Origin: Nemertoderma westbladi
Taxonomy: Eukaryota > Animalia > Xenacoelomorpha
Direction of reading: 5' to 3'
Assembly (NCBI GenBank): GCA_032718475.1
Contig: JAUCBJ010007881.1
Coordinates: forward strand, 1 to 64,000
Length of the DNA: 64,000 bases
Part shown: positions 62,694-64,000 of the stretch, in pieces
Layout: each line of letters opens with the position of its first letter
Position numbering within the stretch: the stretch's first letter is position 1
The notes under the pieces: generated by a model
Told to the model about the DNA's origin: nothing
The model's input: only the letters and a program-made list of their open reading frames with translations
Databases searched by the model: none
Program-made: the position numbers and the translations under genes

Positions 62694-64000
62694 ATGGCGA
62701 GTAAGTTGATCAGAAAGAGAAAGGCGGAGTAAGGAGGAAAGGAGATACTGGTGGATTTCACCGAGAGGCATCCGGAAGAGAAGACGAGAGGATACTACGA
62801 GAGGTTGGAAAGGGGTCACGCGGCACGAGCGCTGCAGGATCACTTCCGGGAGGCGCACGAACAGCGGCTGGTCGGGACCTACGGGACCCCGTCGCTGGAC
62901 AACGCGATCTTCCAACACTTCCACTACGTGGTGAAAGGGGACGAGGCGAAGTTCGGGATTCCGAAATACCCGAGGGAATCACCGAGGAAGGACTGGAAGA
63001 GATTCATAGAGTCCGTCAACAGTGGAGGATATATGATCCTAGATGACGAGGGAACCGTGGAAGACGAAGCGGGTTCGAGACGAGGAACGGCAGGGTCGGC
63101 CAGGACCATACTCCTACATTTGGCCGCGCCAAATGGGGACATCTTCTTATTCGACCTAGGGACGTATGGGAAGAAGGACGGGCCGAAATTAGACCGATTA
63201 CCGAAAGCGGTACAAGTCTTAGTAAGAGAGAAGTCGACGACGAAAGTGGGATCGGCGATTCGCGAGGACGCGGAGAGGATCATCGGTCCGGACGCCACCA
63301 ACCTCCTGGATATGCAGAAAGTCTTTATGGCTATGACGGCACCGGATGGATTGGGGGTAGTCGAAAACGCAGGCCAATGCGGGGCGGTGGCGATGGACCA
63401 ATTATTGGGGCTCGTATGCCACAAACCGATGGACTGGGGGAAGTTTAGGGAAGAATACGGAGCAGAACCAGCGAACTCGCTAAAGTGGGGAGCGAGACAG
63501 GGAAAGCAGGAGGTATATCAGTTCCGCAGGGGAGCGATAAAGGTATATCAGAAGCGATATATCCTGCAGGAGGACTGGATGATGATAAGTTTGCTTAACT
63601 TATTCATGACCGTGATTATCGAGAGGGAACCAGGGGCATTTCTGTTATCGGGATCACCCCTAAGCTACAGGAGAGCCTTTAAAGTGGCCTTTGACGGTCT
63701 GGTAGACCACCCGGGGCTGAAGGGCGAGTCGGTGTACTACAACAGCCGACATCTGGTAGACGGGGAGACAGATACACCGTATCAGAGATGGGAGCAGCTA
63801 GAGACGGATAGACGAGAAGCAAAGCGACTGGAAGAAGTCGCTAGACGGGAGAGGATAGAAGCAGAGGAGAGGGAAGAGGAGGCCAGGACACAGAGTTACG
63901 GCTTCGAGGAACAGGCGGGCCTAGACGAACTTCATTGGACTTCGTCAGGGAGTTCGGGGGAGTCTCTAGGGCGAGAATTGGGATGGACGGTGGGATCGCC
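62694..64000 (+). CDS. Accessory ORF of C: putative DEDDy 3'-5' exonuclease (WRN-exo/RNase D/EXD-like), incomplete at window edge
   Basis: ATG at 62694, one in-frame TAA at 62730, then open from 62733 to 64000; YMILDDEG (Exo I), ILLHLAAPNGDIFLFDL, LPKAVQVLVREKSTTKVGSAIREDAERI (Exo II), NLLDMQ, YQKRYILQED (Exo III). Confidence 0.75.

Larger units (their letters stand above)
52343..64000 (+). mobile_element. BEL/Pao LTR retrotransposon C, nested in B's gag and running off the window
   Basis: B's reading frame stops at TGTTAGC (52343); full BEL gag-pol follows; no 3' LTR within the window. Confidence 0.92.

Noticed and set aside
53522-63424. Numerous minus-strand ORFs over element C
   Set aside because: Antisense shadows of the long plus-strand coding frames

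Overview
This is AT-rich invertebrate animal nuclear DNA, dominated by repeats. It holds two host genes that face each other tail-to-tail. The first is a 3-exon, 77-aa secreted neuropeptide-like precursor (+, 23984-37055). The second is the last coding exon of an EGR/Krox-family zinc-finger gene (-, 38216-38569), whose upstream exons appear to lie beyond the window. There are three BEL/Pao LTR retrotransposons. A (-, 5090-12598) has a 5' LTR, gag and protease and is truncated. B (-, 42942-52342) is a diverged relative of A with an internally deleted pol and a 3' LTR. C (+, from 52343) is nested inside B's gag. The most striking signal is absent from the ORF track. Downstream of pol, element C carries an array of about 16 small stem-loops and then a >420-codon ORF that runs off the window edge and has the motifs of a WRN/RNase D-type DEDDy 3'-5' exonuclease. 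Also present are an inverted-repeat-bounded C2H2/acidic ORF cassette, a doubly palindromic satellite, a 270-bp hairpin, several minisatellites, MITEs, a Helitron-like element and LINE fragments. All calls come from reading the sequence by eye; no database searches were run.
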